The notes: generated by a model from the letters alone, not told the origin. A DNA stretch of 64,000 nt from Candidatus Dojkabacteria bacterium (GCA_012513575.1 JAAZBX010000007.1:27931-91930), one strand, 5' to 3'; counted from the stretch's first letter, positions 49,587 to 60,226 are shown. Numbers and translations: made by a program.

Positions 49587-51419
49587 TTATTCTTTTGACA
49601 CCCTTAAGACTTCTTCTATAGTTGTAATCCCTTCAAGTGCCTTTAAATAGCCATCTTGAACCATTGTTATCATCCCTTGTTCAACACCCACATCTCTAAT
49701 ATCTGAGTCAGTAACAGTTTGCAGTATCATTCTACTGATTTTTTCAGAGATATCCAGAACTTCAAAAATACCAATTCTTCCAGAATATCCTGTTCCCCCA
49801 CAGTGATCGCACCCTTTTCCTTTGTAAAGATATATTTGTGGAGTTCCATCGGGACCGACATCTGGTGCCTTCATTACAATGGGCTCCTTTGCTCCTTCGG
49901 TATCCTTTAAGCTATTTTTTGATGCAACAACTCGGTTTAAATATGAAATCAAATCAAAATCTTTAATTCCTTTAATCGTTTCAGATATATTTCTCAAAAC
50001 TTCTGGAGATACAGGATATGCTTCAATACAGTGTTTACAGACTTTTCTAGGAAGCCTTTGAGCGGCAACAGCTCGAATAGTTGAGGCTAAAAGATATGGC
50101 TCAATCCCCATGTCCATTAACCTGGGAATTGCCGCAGCAGCACTGTTTGTGTGAAGGGTGGAAAGGACCAAATGTCCTGTCAGAGATGCCTGAACAGCCA
50201 ATTGGGCCGTTTCACCATCTCTAATCTCTCCAACCATAACAATATCAGGGTCCTGCCTTAAAACTGACCTTAAGCCGTTGGCAAAAGTCAAGCCGACATC
50301 GTCATTTATCTGTACCTGAGTAACACCTGGAATTCGGATTTCAACTGGATTTTCTAGGGAGATAATATTAACCTTAGGGTCATTTACCCTCATCAAAGAG
50401 CAAGCCAATGTTCTAGTTTTACCACTACCAGTTGGACCAGTAACAAGTACGATCCCATTTGTAACACTTAATGCATCAGTAAACACTTTAAATGCGTGTC
50501 CTCTTAAACCTGTATCCTCAAGAGCAATATTTTCCGTATCAGACTCAAGTAACCTCATGACAACCTTTTCCCCATAAATCATTGGCATAATAGAAACACG
50601 GATATCTACTTTGTTTTTCCCCATTTTAACCTGAAATCTACCATCCTGAGGGATTCTTTTTTCATCAATTTTTAAATTAGAAAGAATTTTAACTCTTGAC
50701 ACTACTGCCGGTCCAAGAGACTTTGGAAGAACAAGTCTTTCCGTCATTACACCATTGATTCTAAAACGTACTCTTACCTTTTCCTCTAAAGCCTCAATAT
50801 GGATATCAGACGTTTTACTCTTAACAGCATACTGCATAATAGAATTTACAATCCTTGCAATAGGTGCCGAAGCCAGATCTGCACTGTTTAATCCCCCCAT
50901 TGCACTTCCACTTTCATCTTCTGTTATTTCGGTAACTGGGACTCCAACATCTTCAAGCGCCTCTGTTACCTGCGAACTCATCAAATCTCCAACTCTTCTG
51001 TCTAGTATCAAACCAATTCCTTCTTTCGGAGAAATATACACTTCCATTCTTGTCCCTTGCGGATATCTACTCAGTAAAGCTTGGGTCGCCTGAATATCAA
51101 AAGGATCCTCCATTGCAATTTTGACCACGTTTCCAATTCTTTCAAAAGGAACAGCTCTATACTTCGCAAGATTATCTATGGGAATCTCAGCAATTATACT
51201 CTCAGGGACAGAAATTGTTGAAAGATCAACAAAGGGGATTCCAAATATAGCTGATTTAGCTTTAGTTAAATCCAAGTCCGATACGACATTAAGATCTTTT
51301 ATGATTGCTTCTTCAGTTTTATTTGTTCTACTTCTTTCTAAAAGAACTTTTCTTACAGTCTCATCATTAACAAGATTGTTCTCCTGAAGATATTTTAATA
51401 TCGATGTTTGGGCAGCCAT
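49587..51419 (-). CDS. pilB: Type IV pilus assembly ATPase PilB (GspE family)
   Basis: N-terminal GSPII_E_N domain, Walker A GPTGSGKTRTLA and a C-terminal tetracysteine motif (CKHC...CDHC). Confidence 0.88.
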   Translation of the reverse strand: MAAQTSILKYLQENNLVNDETVRKVLLERSRTNKTEEAIIKDLNVVSDLDLTKAKSAIFGIPFVDLSTISVPESIIAEIPIDNLAKYRAVPFERIGNVVKIAMEDPFDIQATQALLSRYPQGTRMEVYISPKEGIGLILDRRVGDLMSSQVTEALEDVGVPVTEITEDESGSAMGGLNSADLASAPIARIVNSIMQYAVKSKTSDIHIEALEEKVRVRFRINGVMTERLVLPKSLGPAVVSRVKILSNLKIDEKRIPQDGRFQVKMGKNKVDIRVSIMPMIYGEKVVMRLLESDTENIALEDTGLRGHAFKVFTDALSVTNGIVLVTGPTGSGKTRTLACSLMRVNDPKVNIISLENPVEIRIPGVTQVQINDDVGLTFANGLRSVLRQDPDIVMVGEIRDGETAQLAVQASLTGHLVLSTLHTNSAAAAIPRLMDMGIEPYLLASTIRAVAAQRLPRKVCKHCIEAYPVSPEVLRNISETIKGIKDFDLISYLNRVVASKNSLKDTEGAKEPIVMKAPDVGPDGTPQIYLYKGKGCDHCGGTGYSGRIGIFEVLDISEKISRMILQTVTDSDIRDVGVEQGMITMVQDGYLKALEGITTIEEVLRVSKE

Positions 51420-51538
51420 CTATGCGTATTTTATTAATTACTTCTTCCAGTTTAAGATAATCGCATTAATTAGTCAATTCTTAAAAACATCATATTCCAA
51501 AAAATGAATCACATTTTTTTTTGTGTTAGAATCACTAA

Positions 51539-52225
51539 ATGACATATATTTTTGTTCGAAAAGTAGAGAAAGAAGATAAAAGTTACTTAAGAGGTTTTCT
51601 CTCAAATATCCTAAAGACAAAGAAACTCCTCTCGCTAGAAATACTATCCTCTCATCCCGACATTCATAATCTTGAAGTAACTGACAAATTAAGTATAGGT
51701 ATTGAGGATATAAAGCTATTTCAGAAGAAGCTCATATACAAACCATTCCAAGAAAGCTCTCAACTAGGAATTATTCATGATTCCCAGAAACTAACCCACG
51801 AGGCACAAAATTCCCTTCTGAAATCTCTGGAGGAGAGCGATGATAGCACTATATACGTATTAACTGTAGACAATGAGAAAAATCTTCTTCCTACAATCAG
51901 ATCTCGAGCAAGAATCATATATTCACATGTTGAGAAAATAGTTGAAAGCTCTCTTCAAGACAATTTTTTTGATTTAGATTTGGTCTCACAATTTGAAAAA
52001 ATTCAAGAAGCAAGCGAAGACAGGGTAGACTCAATAGAGTTAATAAATCAAATTGAGAATAGCTTAAAATCAAAATTTGAAATAAATATAAAAAATGGTA
52101 ATATAGATGGTTCGAAAAAATTTCTAGAGGACCTGAAAGTGATACAAAAGAGTAGGGAGAAGATAAACTCTAATTGCAATCGCAGATTGACTTTAGAGGC
52201 CATGGCAATCCAGCTTAAAGAGTAA
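51539..52225 (+). CDS. DNA polymerase III delta-prime (HolB)-like protein, N-terminally short
   Basis: HPDIHNL...LLKSLEE...LLPTIRSRARII aligns with the delta-prime core (HPD, SRC-like box). It lacks the Walker A region. Confidence 0.55.
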   Translation: MTYIFVRKVEKEDKSYLRGFLSNILKTKKLLSLEILSSHPDIHNLEVTDKLSIGIEDIKLFQKKLIYKPFQESSQLGIIHDSQKLTHEAQNSLLKSLEESDDSTIYVLTVDNEKNLLPTIRSRARIIYSHVEKIVESSLQDNFFDLDLVSQFEKIQEASEDRVDSIELINQIENSLKSKFEINIKNGNIDGSKKFLEDLKVIQKSREKINSNCNRRLTLEAMAIQLKE

Positions 52226-52309
52226 TATTTCAGGCCAATAAATGGTATAATATATAACAGAACACAGAACTTAAGAACAAATTAATTTACAGGATTTTTA
52301 CACTTTTTT

Positions 52310-54220
52310 ATGGCCAATACTTCAGACTACGGTGCATCAAATATTCAAGTGCTCAAAGGGTTGGAAGCAGTCAGAAGAAGACCCGCAATGTATATTGGCT
52401 CAACTGATGTTCATGGACTTCATCATATTTTTACAGAAATTTTGGATAACTCCGTAGACGAAGCTATTGCTGGATACTGCAGCCAAATATGGGTAATTTT
52501 AAATCAAGACGGCTCTATTACAGTAAGAGATAATGCAAGAGGAATACCTGTAGATATACACCCAGAAACAAAAGTTTCTACTCTTGAGACAGTAATGACC
52601 AATCTTCATGCTGGAGGGAAATTTGAGCAAGGAGCATACAAAGTCTCAGGAGGATTACATGGAGTAGGTATGAAATGCACAAATGCCCTTTCGGAGTGGA
52701 TGGTAACAACCGTTAAGCGCGATGGAGGGATATTTGAGCAAAGATATGAGCGAGGAGTTCCAGTTGCTCCAGTAAAAAGGATTGGAGATTCAAACGAAAC
52801 AGGAACTCAACACACTTTCATGCCCGATGATAAGATATTCAGTACAACAACCTTTGATTTTGAGACAATTGTAAAAAAATGTAGACAACATGCATATTTA
52901 ACTGCAGGGTTAAGGATCTCGGTAATTGATGATACTCACGGAGAATATAAACAGTACGATTTGTATTTCGAAGATGGGATTAAGTCGTATGTTCAGTTCC
53001 TCAACTTAGAAATGAAAGCTATTGGTGAAGAACCATTCTACATGAACAAACAGGATGGAGAAATCGTAGTAGAGGTAGCCTTACAATACACAGACGATAT
53101 GGATGAAGATGTAAGATGCTACACAAACAACATCATTAATCCCGAGGGGGGTACCCACCTTGCAGGTTTTAGGACAGCAATCACAAGTGCAATTAACGCC
53201 TATGCGACAAAAGCAGAATTACTTAAAGGGTTGGGTGGGACATTGAGTGGTGACGACGTAAGGGAAGGCTTGACCGCCGTTATTTCAGTGAAGGTACCAA
53301 ATCCCCAATTTGAAGGTCAAACAAAAATAAAATTGAACAACCCAGAAGTTAAAAGTGTTGTTGCAAAAGTGGTCAGAGATGAATTATTAACATATTTTGA
53401 GGAGCACCCACAAGATGCAAAGAATGTAATTGGGAAAGCAGTTTTAGCAAACAAAGCAAAAGCGGCAGCTAAAGCAGCAAGAGATGCTGTTATTAGAAAG
53501 AATGCCCTAGAATCAACAACCCTTCCAGGGAAATTGGCTGATTGTACTAGCAAAGATCCGGCAGAGAGTGAGCTCTTTATTGTTGAGGGAAATTCGGCAG
53601 GAGGTTCAGCAAAGCAGGGTAGGGATAGACATACACAAGCAATTCTCCCTCTTAGAGGTAAAATTATTAATACTCATAAATACAGAGTCGATAGAGTACT
53701 TGAAAATAGTGAGTTTAATGATATTACTACAGCTTTAGGAGTAGGAATTGGAGACACACTTGATATGGGCAAGCTTAGGTATCATAAAATTATCATTATG
53801 AGTGATGCAGACGTTGATGGACTACACATTACAACTTTAGTTTTGACTTTACTTTTTAGATTTTTTAGACCTTTAATCGAAGGCGGGTATGTTTACGTTG
53901 CTCAACCCCCTTTACATAAAGTAGAGATTGGAAAGAAAAAATTCTACTTCCTCAATGACCAAGAGAAAGATGACTTCGTAACAAAAGCAAAATCGGCTGG
54001 AAAAGTTCCTGTTTCAAACAGGTTCAAAGGATTAGGAGAAATGAATCCAGAGCAATTGAGGGACACTACAATGGACCCGAAGAGTAGGGTACTTAAGAAA
54101 GTTCATATTGAAGATGCAGAAGAAGCAGAGAAGGTGTTTGAGATGTTGATGGGTAATGAAGTTCCACCAAGAAGAAGATTTATCCAGTCTCATGCACGAA
54201 AAGCAACTTTAGATATTTAA
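52310..54220 (+). CDS. gyrB: DNA gyrase subunit B
   Basis: GHKL ATPase (ILDNSVDEA), a Toprim domain (EGNSAGGSA) and the PLRGKIIN motif. Short-type GyrB (636 aa). Confidence 0.92.
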   Translation: MANTSDYGASNIQVLKGLEAVRRRPAMYIGSTDVHGLHHIFTEILDNSVDEAIAGYCSQIWVILNQDGSITVRDNARGIPVDIHPETKVSTLETVMTNLHAGGKFEQGAYKVSGGLHGVGMKCTNALSEWMVTTVKRDGGIFEQRYERGVPVAPVKRIGDSNETGTQHTFMPDDKIFSTTTFDFETIVKKCRQHAYLTAGLRISVIDDTHGEYKQYDLYFEDGIKSYVQFLNLEMKAIGEEPFYMNKQDGEIVVEVALQYTDDMDEDVRCYTNNIINPEGGTHLAGFRTAITSAINAYATKAELLKGLGGTLSGDDVREGLTAVISVKVPNPQFEGQTKIKLNNPEVKSVVAKVVRDELLTYFEEHPQDAKNVIGKAVLANKAKAAAKAARDAVIRKNALESTTLPGKLADCTSKDPAESELFIVEGNSAGGSAKQGRDRHTQAILPLRGKIINTHKYRVDRVLENSEFNDITTALGVGIGDTLDMGKLRYHKIIIMSDADVDGLHITTLVLTLLFRFFRPLIEGGYVYVAQPPLHKVEIGKKKFYFLNDQEKDDFVTKAKSAGKVPVSNRFKGLGEMNPEQLRDTTMDPKSRVLKKVHIEDAEEAEKVFEMLMGNEVPPRRRFIQSHARKATLDI

Positions 54221-54225
54221 ATTTT

Positions 54226-54759
54226 TTGGAAAATAAAATGGAAGATATTTTTTTAAAAAAGGAGCAAGAAGAAACTCCAAATAGAATGGTAGAGATCTTT
54301 GATTCCTTAGTCACAGATGTGACAACTCTAAACAATTCCCAAGCTTCATCTGATATTGAAAGCACAAAGGAATTGGCCGTTGTAAAACTAATTGACTCTG
54401 ATGATACCACACAAGCAATTATCTCTGCCTTGAAAGGTTCCGAGTATGAACAAAAAATTCAAGAGATATTTCCAAAAAGAAATATAATACAGACAATAGT
54501 CCAGAGGAGAGAGAAAAATCCCTCTATATCAAAAAGATTAATTCTTTTACCTGAACTAAACAAATCACAAGCTGATGATAAAGCCGAAAATTTCACATTA
54601 ATCCTTCTTGACAAGGAGAATGACCTACCCTTCCAAATTATCGGAGAACAGAAGCTTTCACTAAAAGAAAATGTAAAAGAATCTTGCCAAAAGGTTGTTA
54701 ATTTAGAAAAAGCCCAACTTCAAGAAATAACTGATAAATTAGTAAAAAATAGTTTCTAA
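54226..54759 (+). CDS. Hypothetical acidic protein inserted between gyrB and gyrA
   Basis: 177-aa ORF filling the gyrB-gyrA gap in the same orientation. No recognisable family. Confidence 0.5.
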   Translation: MENKMEDIFLKKEQEETPNRMVEIFDSLVTDVTTLNNSQASSDIESTKELAVVKLIDSDDTTQAIISALKGSEYEQKIQEIFPKRNIIQTIVQRREKNPSISKRLILLPELNKSQADDKAENFTLILLDKENDLPFQIIGEQKLSLKENVKESCQKVVNLEKAQLQEITDKLVKNSF

Positions 54760-54761
54760 AA

Positions 54762-57491
54762 ATGGATGAGGAAAAAAACATCACACAAGAGAATATAGAG
54801 GGGATAGAACAAGAGATTTCCTTCCATCCTGGAGAGGTATCTCCAAGATCTATTGTTGATGAGATGAAAAGTAATTACCTAGACTACTCAATGTCGGTAA
54901 TTGTTTCAAGAGCGCTCCCAGAAGTAAAAGATGGACTCAAACCATCTCAAAGAAGAATTCTTGTTGCAATTAATGATTTAGATTTAACTCCTTCATCCCA
55001 TTACAGAAAATGTGCGAAAATAGCTGGAGACACCTCTGGTAACTATCATCCTCACGGAGAGGCTGTCGTATATCCTACATTGGTAAAAATGGCCCAAGAT
55101 TTCTCTATGAGATATCCACTTGTTGATGGACAGGGGAACTTTGGCTCCATTGATGGAGATGAGGCAGCAGCGATGAGATACACAGAAGCAAGAATGGGAA
55201 AGATAACTCCAGAATTACTTTCAGAACTAAATAAGGGTACTGTAACTTTCGTTCAAAACTATGATGGTACTAGGCTAGAGCCAACAATTCTTCCTGCTGG
55301 ATTCCCAAATATCCTTGCTAATGGAGGTGATGGTATAGCGGTAGGTATGGCTACTAAAATACCTCCGTTTAATCTCACAGAGTTAATAGAAGCACTTCAA
55401 GGAATGATCAAAATGGGAAATACTTGGGTAGGGAAAGCCGTTTACAACGAACTCAGAAAAGCGAAAGAAGCCAAGGAAATTATCCCTCAAACTCTTAATT
55501 CACAACCCACAGATTACCTTGAAAGCTATGTTAATACATCTGATATTAATTATCAGGAAGAGATAGATGACCTAAAAAAGAAAATTGAAGAAGAAAAAGC
55601 CGTTCTTTACCCTGATTTCAAGTGTGAAATGACCCCTGAACAATTAATCAAAATTGTCCCAGGACCTGATTTCCCAACCGGTGCTACAATTTATGACCAA
55701 CAGGAAATCCTAAACGTCTATGCAACTGGAAGAGGAAGAATCATTCAAAGGGCAACTGCCTCCATCATTGAAGGGAAACAGGGAAAGTACCAGATTGTAA
55801 TTTCTGAAATCCCTTTCCAGGTAAACAAATCACATATGATTGAAAAAATCGCAGACTTGGTAAAGGAGAAAAAAGTCAAAGGAATTGCAGATATCATTGA
55901 CGAATCAAATATTGAAGGAATGCGCGTAGTAGTTTACCTAAAAAGAGATGCTCAACCAAAAGCTGTATTAAACAAGCTTTACAAATATACCGAGATGCAA
56001 AAAGTCTTCAATGCAAATATGATTGCGTTGGTAGATCAGGAGCCTAAAACATTACCAATCAAAAGAATCCTTGAACTCTTCATCTCTTTTAGACTCACTG
56101 TAACAATTAGAAGATTTGAATTTGAACTTGCAGCTGCTAGGTACAGAGGACATATTTTAGAGGGACTACTCAAAGCAATTGATTTACTTGATGAAGTAAT
56201 ATCTACAATTAGAAATTCTAAAACCCAAGATACAGCAAAAACTAACTTAATGGACAAATTTGAATTCACAGAAGTACAAGCACAAGCAATCCTTGATATG
56301 CAATTAAGAAGATTAGCAGCCTTGGAGAGGATGAAACTAGAAAATGAACATAAGGATATTAAAGCAAAAATTGCAGAATTAAATATTAAACTTGATGATC
56401 CAACTAAAATATTAGAAGTTGTAAATACAGATCTCCAACAAATTAAGGAGAAATATGGAGATGCAAGAAGAACAAAAATTGTTAAAGGTAAGATTAACGA
56501 AATTTCAGAGGAGGATATGGTAGCATCAGAAGATACATTGGTTACAATTACACATTCTGGATATATTAAGAGATTAAATCCGAGTACTTACAAAGCTCAA
56601 AATAGGGGAGGCAAGGGTGTAAATGGCGGAGAAACAAAAGAGGGAGATTTCATTGAACATGCATTTCTATGCAACACTCACGATGAGCTACTAATTTTTA
56701 CAAATAAAGGGAAGGTCTTCAATCTTAGAATATTTGAAATACCTGATCTTGGAAGAACAGCAAAGGGATTACCCCTAGTAAACTTAGTACAATTAGAACC
56801 AGACGAGATTGTCACCTCTGTATTAACTAGAGATCCCAAGGGGGTTGTTGGTGAAGGCAAAGCTGCCGAGGGAGAAGAAACAAAAAACTTCAAATACCTT
56901 TTAATGGCGACTGAGAAAGGATTAATCAAAAAAACAGAATTGGGAGAGTTTACCAAGATTAGATCGAATGGTTTGACCGCGATAAAATTAGAAGACGGAG
57001 ATCAATTAACTTGGGTGAAAGCTACTTCAGGTTCTGACGAGGCAATTTTGATTACAAAAGAGGGTAAGTCTGTTAGATTTAAGGAAACAGATGTCAGGCC
57101 TATGGGAAGAAGTACAAAGGGAGTTACTGGAATTAAATTCAGAACTCAAACTGACTCAGTTGTAGGAATGGCAATTGTAGGTTCGAATGAGCAGAAACTT
57201 CTTACCCTTTCTGAATATGGGTATGGCAAAATGAGCTTCCTAAAAGAATATGCAACACAAAAAAGAGCAGGCACAGGTATCTTTACTTTTAGGGTTACTT
57301 CTAAGACTGGTAAGATTGCATGTGCTCGTATTCTTAAAAAAGAGGATCAAGAAATATTTGTTATTTCTGAGAAATCAAAAGTTATTAGATCTGAACTGAA
57401 AGATGTTCCAATACTTGGGAGACAAACATCAGGAGTTAAGGTTATGAATATGAATAGTGGGGACAGGGTTACAACTGTTGCCGTCCTTTAA
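54762..57491 (+). CDS. gyrA: DNA gyrase subunit A
   Basis: Active-site region AAMRYTEARM and QRRILVAINDL. C-terminal beta-pinwheel repeats. It also carries a ~75-residue insertion before IVPGPDFPTG. Confidence 0.92.
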   Translation: MDEEKNITQENIEGIEQEISFHPGEVSPRSIVDEMKSNYLDYSMSVIVSRALPEVKDGLKPSQRRILVAINDLDLTPSSHYRKCAKIAGDTSGNYHPHGEAVVYPTLVKMAQDFSMRYPLVDGQGNFGSIDGDEAAAMRYTEARMGKITPELLSELNKGTVTFVQNYDGTRLEPTILPAGFPNILANGGDGIAVGMATKIPPFNLTELIEALQGMIKMGNTWVGKAVYNELRKAKEAKEIIPQTLNSQPTDYLESYVNTSDINYQEEIDDLKKKIEEEKAVLYPDFKCEMTPEQLIKIVPGPDFPTGATIYDQQEILNVYATGRGRIIQRATASIIEGKQGKYQIVISEIPFQVNKSHMIEKIADLVKEKKVKGIADIIDESNIEGMRVVVYLKRDAQPKAVLNKLYKYTEMQKVFNANMIALVDQEPKTLPIKRILELFISFRLTVTIRRFEFELAAARYRGHILEGLLKAIDLLDEVISTIRNSKTQDTAKTNLMDKFEFTEVQAQAILDMQLRRLAALERMKLENEHKDIKAKIAELNIKLDDPTKILEVVNTDLQQIKEKYGDARRTKIVKGKINEISEEDMVASEDTLVTITHSGYIKRLNPSTYKAQNRGGKGVNGGETKEGDFIEHAFLCNTHDELLIFTNKGKVFNLRIFEIPDLGRTAKGLPLVNLVQLEPDEIVTSVLTRDPKGVVGEGKAAEGEETKNFKYLLMATEKGLIKKTELGEFTKIRSNGLTAIKLEDGDQLTWVKATSGSDEAILITKEGKSVRFKETDVRPMGRSTKGVTGIKFRTQTDSVVGMAIVGSNEQKLLTLSEYGYGKMSFLKEYATQKRAGTGIFTFRVTSKTGKIACARILKKEDQEIFVISEKSKVIRSELKDVPILGRQTSGVKVMNMNSGDRVTTVAVL

Positions 57492-57549
57492 TCGCCATAT
57501 CTCTCTTGTAATATTCAAAGTCCTGTGATTATGAGAGAGGAGACATTTC

Positions 57550-57578
57550 TTAAATGTGCTTGAATTCACTTCCGACCT
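57550..57578 (+). promoter_or_regulatory. Consensus sigma-70-type promoter (TTGAAT-17-TATAAT)
   Basis: TTGAAT at 57550-57555, a 17-nt spacer, TATAAT at 57573-57578. It lies about 225 nt upstream of the GTG start at 57808 and shares the CCTATAGTATAAT block with the 62028..62056 promoter. Confidence 0.6.
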
Positions 57579-57696
57579 ATAGTATAATATAAGTATATAC
57601 CTTTATGGTATAAACTGCTCATTAAAAACTTCCAATTAATACTTTGTGATTTATATCCTGTATTAATCTGGATAAATAGCATGTGATGAGAATATA

Positions 57697-57757
57697 TTCT
57701 TCCTTATCCTTTTTGGGATGCATATTGTACCTAAGTATATTGGGTATATTATGCATC
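57697..57757 (+). repeat. Conserved ~60-nt leader element, copy A, containing inverted repeat GATGCATA-N25-TATGCATC
   Basis: Its core (TCCTTTT..GGGATGCATA...TATGCAT) aligns with copy B at 62244..62305. The arms are at 57717-57724 and 57750-57757. Confidence 0.6.
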
Positions 57758-57807
57758 TCAAATGAGGTGATAAAAAATTAAACAAGAAATATTCGAGGAG
57801 GAATATT

Positions 57808-58887
57808 GTGAAAAAGCTAGTAGTTTTTATTCTTATGTTAAGTATTGTATTAGGAGCATGTAATCCAAACCCAACAAATGTACCGACTATCGAACCAACA
57901 GCAACTCCAAGTCCAACGCCATTTGTATGGTCGTGCGAAAATGATCCCGTGAGGGGTGTATCGCTAGACTTAGAGGGAATGTACAAGACAAGTATAGAAA
58001 ATAGGTATGTTCCCGGGTGTACTCAGGGGTTTTTCATAGGTCTCTCAGGAGAGGCGTACCAAATCAATTTCCTTTTCAAGGACTATCAAGCTATTAGTCT
58101 TGACAATTCTTTTATCGCCAATTTAGAGACGACTGTTGAGTGGGAAATATATGCTTATGATTATTTTGTTCCACATCATTCTCAAAAAAAAGGTGATATT
58201 ATCTCCTTTGTAATGCCAGCTCCAGGGTATTTTCTTCTTGATCGTAACGGCTACCTTTATTTTGGAGTATTCGATGATCCTAATTTTGAAGATTATGTTA
58301 GGGTATTTGTGGATGGCGAGGAATGGTTTGCTTCTTCTACTACTGTTAGAATCTTGTTATCCCCAAATGGAGAATACATTGTACCGGAAGGAGCCACAGT
58401 AAGAATTGAGTCAATCAAGGATGCAGTTGATTATCAAGGTTTAGAGAATTACGGAACTCTCGGTTGGATTGAAGCAATTGTTTTTGAACGAACGTACCCC
58501 GGGGACACAGCAAAGACCAATCACCCAATTCTGAATGAAGAAACCCAAATTGATTTCGGACCGTATGGGATTTATAAACCCTCCTTTAACGAAGAAAGAA
58601 ACAAGTGGGGCCTTTCCCTTTCAGAAGAATCCATGGTAAAGCCTGGGATTTGGGAGGAAGGATATCTGAGAGACTTCATTTGGCACGGTGGTGCGTATGT
58701 ATTTTATATGCCCGCAGATGGGGTTGTATTTTGGAATAGAAGAACTTCTTCAATTTTGTTTGAAGGGGACGAAACAGATTCAGACACTGACAAAATAGAT
58801 GCACACCTCTATCGAGAGGGTGATTTAGTAGTTGTCTATTTTGAGAGGGCTTCTCTGGATGATTTTTACATTGAGTTTTTGAATTAA
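57808..58887 (+). CDS. Putative secreted lipoprotein
   Basis: Signal peptide with lipobox LGAC, then a Pro/Thr-rich linker (PTNVPTIEPTATPSPTP). GTG start preceded by GAGGAGG. GC is noticeably higher than in neighbouring genes. Confidence 0.6.
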   Translation: MKKLVVFILMLSIVLGACNPNPTNVPTIEPTATPSPTPFVWSCENDPVRGVSLDLEGMYKTSIENRYVPGCTQGFFIGLSGEAYQINFLFKDYQAISLDNSFIANLETTVEWEIYAYDYFVPHHSQKKGDIISFVMPAPGYFLLDRNGYLYFGVFDDPNFEDYVRVFVDGEEWFASSTTVRILLSPNGEYIVPEGATVRIESIKDAVDYQGLENYGTLGWIEAIVFERTYPGDTAKTNHPILNEETQIDFGPYGIYKPSFNEERNKWGLSLSEESMVKPGIWEEGYLRDFIWHGGAYVFYMPADGVVFWNRRTSSILFEGDETDSDTDKIDAHLYREGDLVVVYFERASLDDFYIEFLN

Positions 58888-59047
58888 TGTCTCCCCAACT
58901 CTAGCTAGGTTTAGAACTGAAATATATCTTTAATATGATTAAACATATTAAAACAAAAATTTCATTTCACACAACCTCATCACATGCTAGAGTTCTATTT
59001 AGATATTTGTTCTAAAATACTATTTTGTATTTTCTGATAAATACCTA

Positions 59048-59272
59048 TCATTGAACTCTTACAATATTAAAATCCCTGTAATACTCATCACCTGATAACG
59101 CTATGATATTTTTTGACAACTCATCATAACTCATCCAGCTATCATCAATTCTTTTTTTCTTTAAACTTTTTTTAAGAATATTCTCAAATTTGCTTAATTT
59201 CTCATTCAAGTGATAAATTTCAGTATTAACAATTTGGGAAATCATTAGATAATCCTCATTTGATAATCTCAT
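59048..59272 (-). CDS. Small hypothetical protein
   Basis: 74-aa ORF with an AT-rich upstream region. No recognisable motifs. Confidence 0.3.
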   Translation of the reverse strand: MRLSNEDYLMISQIVNTEIYHLNEKLSKFENILKKSLKKKRIDDSWMSYDELSKNIIALSGDEYYRDFNIVRVQ

Positions 59273-59401
59273 ACTTTTTATTAATAAATTTATTAATTTA
59301 TTCTAACCCACTCCGAAATATACTTCTTCACCTAGAGAAAAATATATTAACCTTGTATAAAATTGCTATTCTCCAAGAACTATATGTTGTAAAATAAGAA
59401 C

Positions 59402-60226
59402 ATGTCAGAATTCTGGGTAAAAATGATTACTTTTCTAATGAGTTTGACCCTATCTGTATCAACATATAGCCCTATGGGGAAATTAGTTAATCCTGATGAG
59501 AAAGGAATACTTTTCAGAGGAGAAGTTAAAGAGAGATTAATCAATGAGAATTCGGGAATTAAAGCTTTAACAACTCCTAATATCGTATCAAACAATACAA
59601 TCATAGGCTCAAAATGGTGGATATATCCTGAAGAAATTAAGCTAACGAAAAGAAGTGGAAATGATTTACTTGTTCTTGTGAATAAAGAGTATCGCTTACC
59701 AGAAACCTTTATCCCTATAGATCTTGTAAAAGCTAGCCAGTCGGGGATTAGAAGAGGAGAGAGCTATTACCTCAGGAGTATCTTAATTAATGACTTAAGA
59801 GACTTAGTAAACCAGGCTTCAAATGATGGCGTTGATTTAAGTATTCGCTCAGGATATAGATCTTATGCCGACCAACTTTATACTTACAATTTCTGGTTAA
59901 AAGCGAATGGAAATATTGAGGACGAAGCCGACAAGGTATCCGCTAGAGCAGGGCATAGCCAACACCAATTAGGCACTGCAATTGATTTTAGTAGCGCAGA
60001 AATCCAGGATGGATTAGGAGGCCAATTTTCAGGAACCCTTGCAGCCAAATGGTTAGAACAAAATGCATGGAAATACGGATTTGTTTTGGCTTTTCCAAAA
60101 GGATATGAAAATACAACTGGCTTTAGTTACGAAAGTTGGCATTACAGATATATTGGTATCGCTAATGCTTTAAATGTGATAAATAGTGGGAAAATATTGG
60201 AAGTATACTTAAGAGAGATTAATTAA
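59402..60226 (+). CDS. D-alanyl-D-alanine carboxypeptidase (peptidase M15B/VanY-like), secreted
   Basis: SGYRSY, AGHSQHQLGTAIDF and ESWHYRYIG Zn-binding motifs. N-terminal signal anchor. Confidence 0.8.
   Translation: MSEFWVKMITFLMSLTLSVSTYSPMGKLVNPDEKGILFRGEVKERLINENSGIKALTTPNIVSNNTIIGSKWWIYPEEIKLTKRSGNDLLVLVNKEYRLPETFIPIDLVKASQSGIRRGESYYLRSILINDLRDLVNQASNDGVDLSIRSGYRSYADQLYTYNFWLKANGNIEDEADKVSARAGHSQHQLGTAIDFSSAEIQDGLGGQFSGTLAAKWLEQNAWKYGFVLAFPKGYENTTGFSYESWHYRYIGIANALNVINSGKILEVYLREIN

Noticed and set aside
57500-57540. CTCTCT/AGAGAG inverted repeat after gyrA as a terminator
   Set aside because: The stem is short and AT-poor, the loop is 23 nt and no T-tract follows. It is weak evidence.
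58888-59047. Partial inverted repeat TTTAGAACT...AGTTCTATTT after the lipoprotein gene
   Set aside because: The arms are imperfect, about 65 nt apart and in AT-rich sequence. It is not distinguishable from chance.
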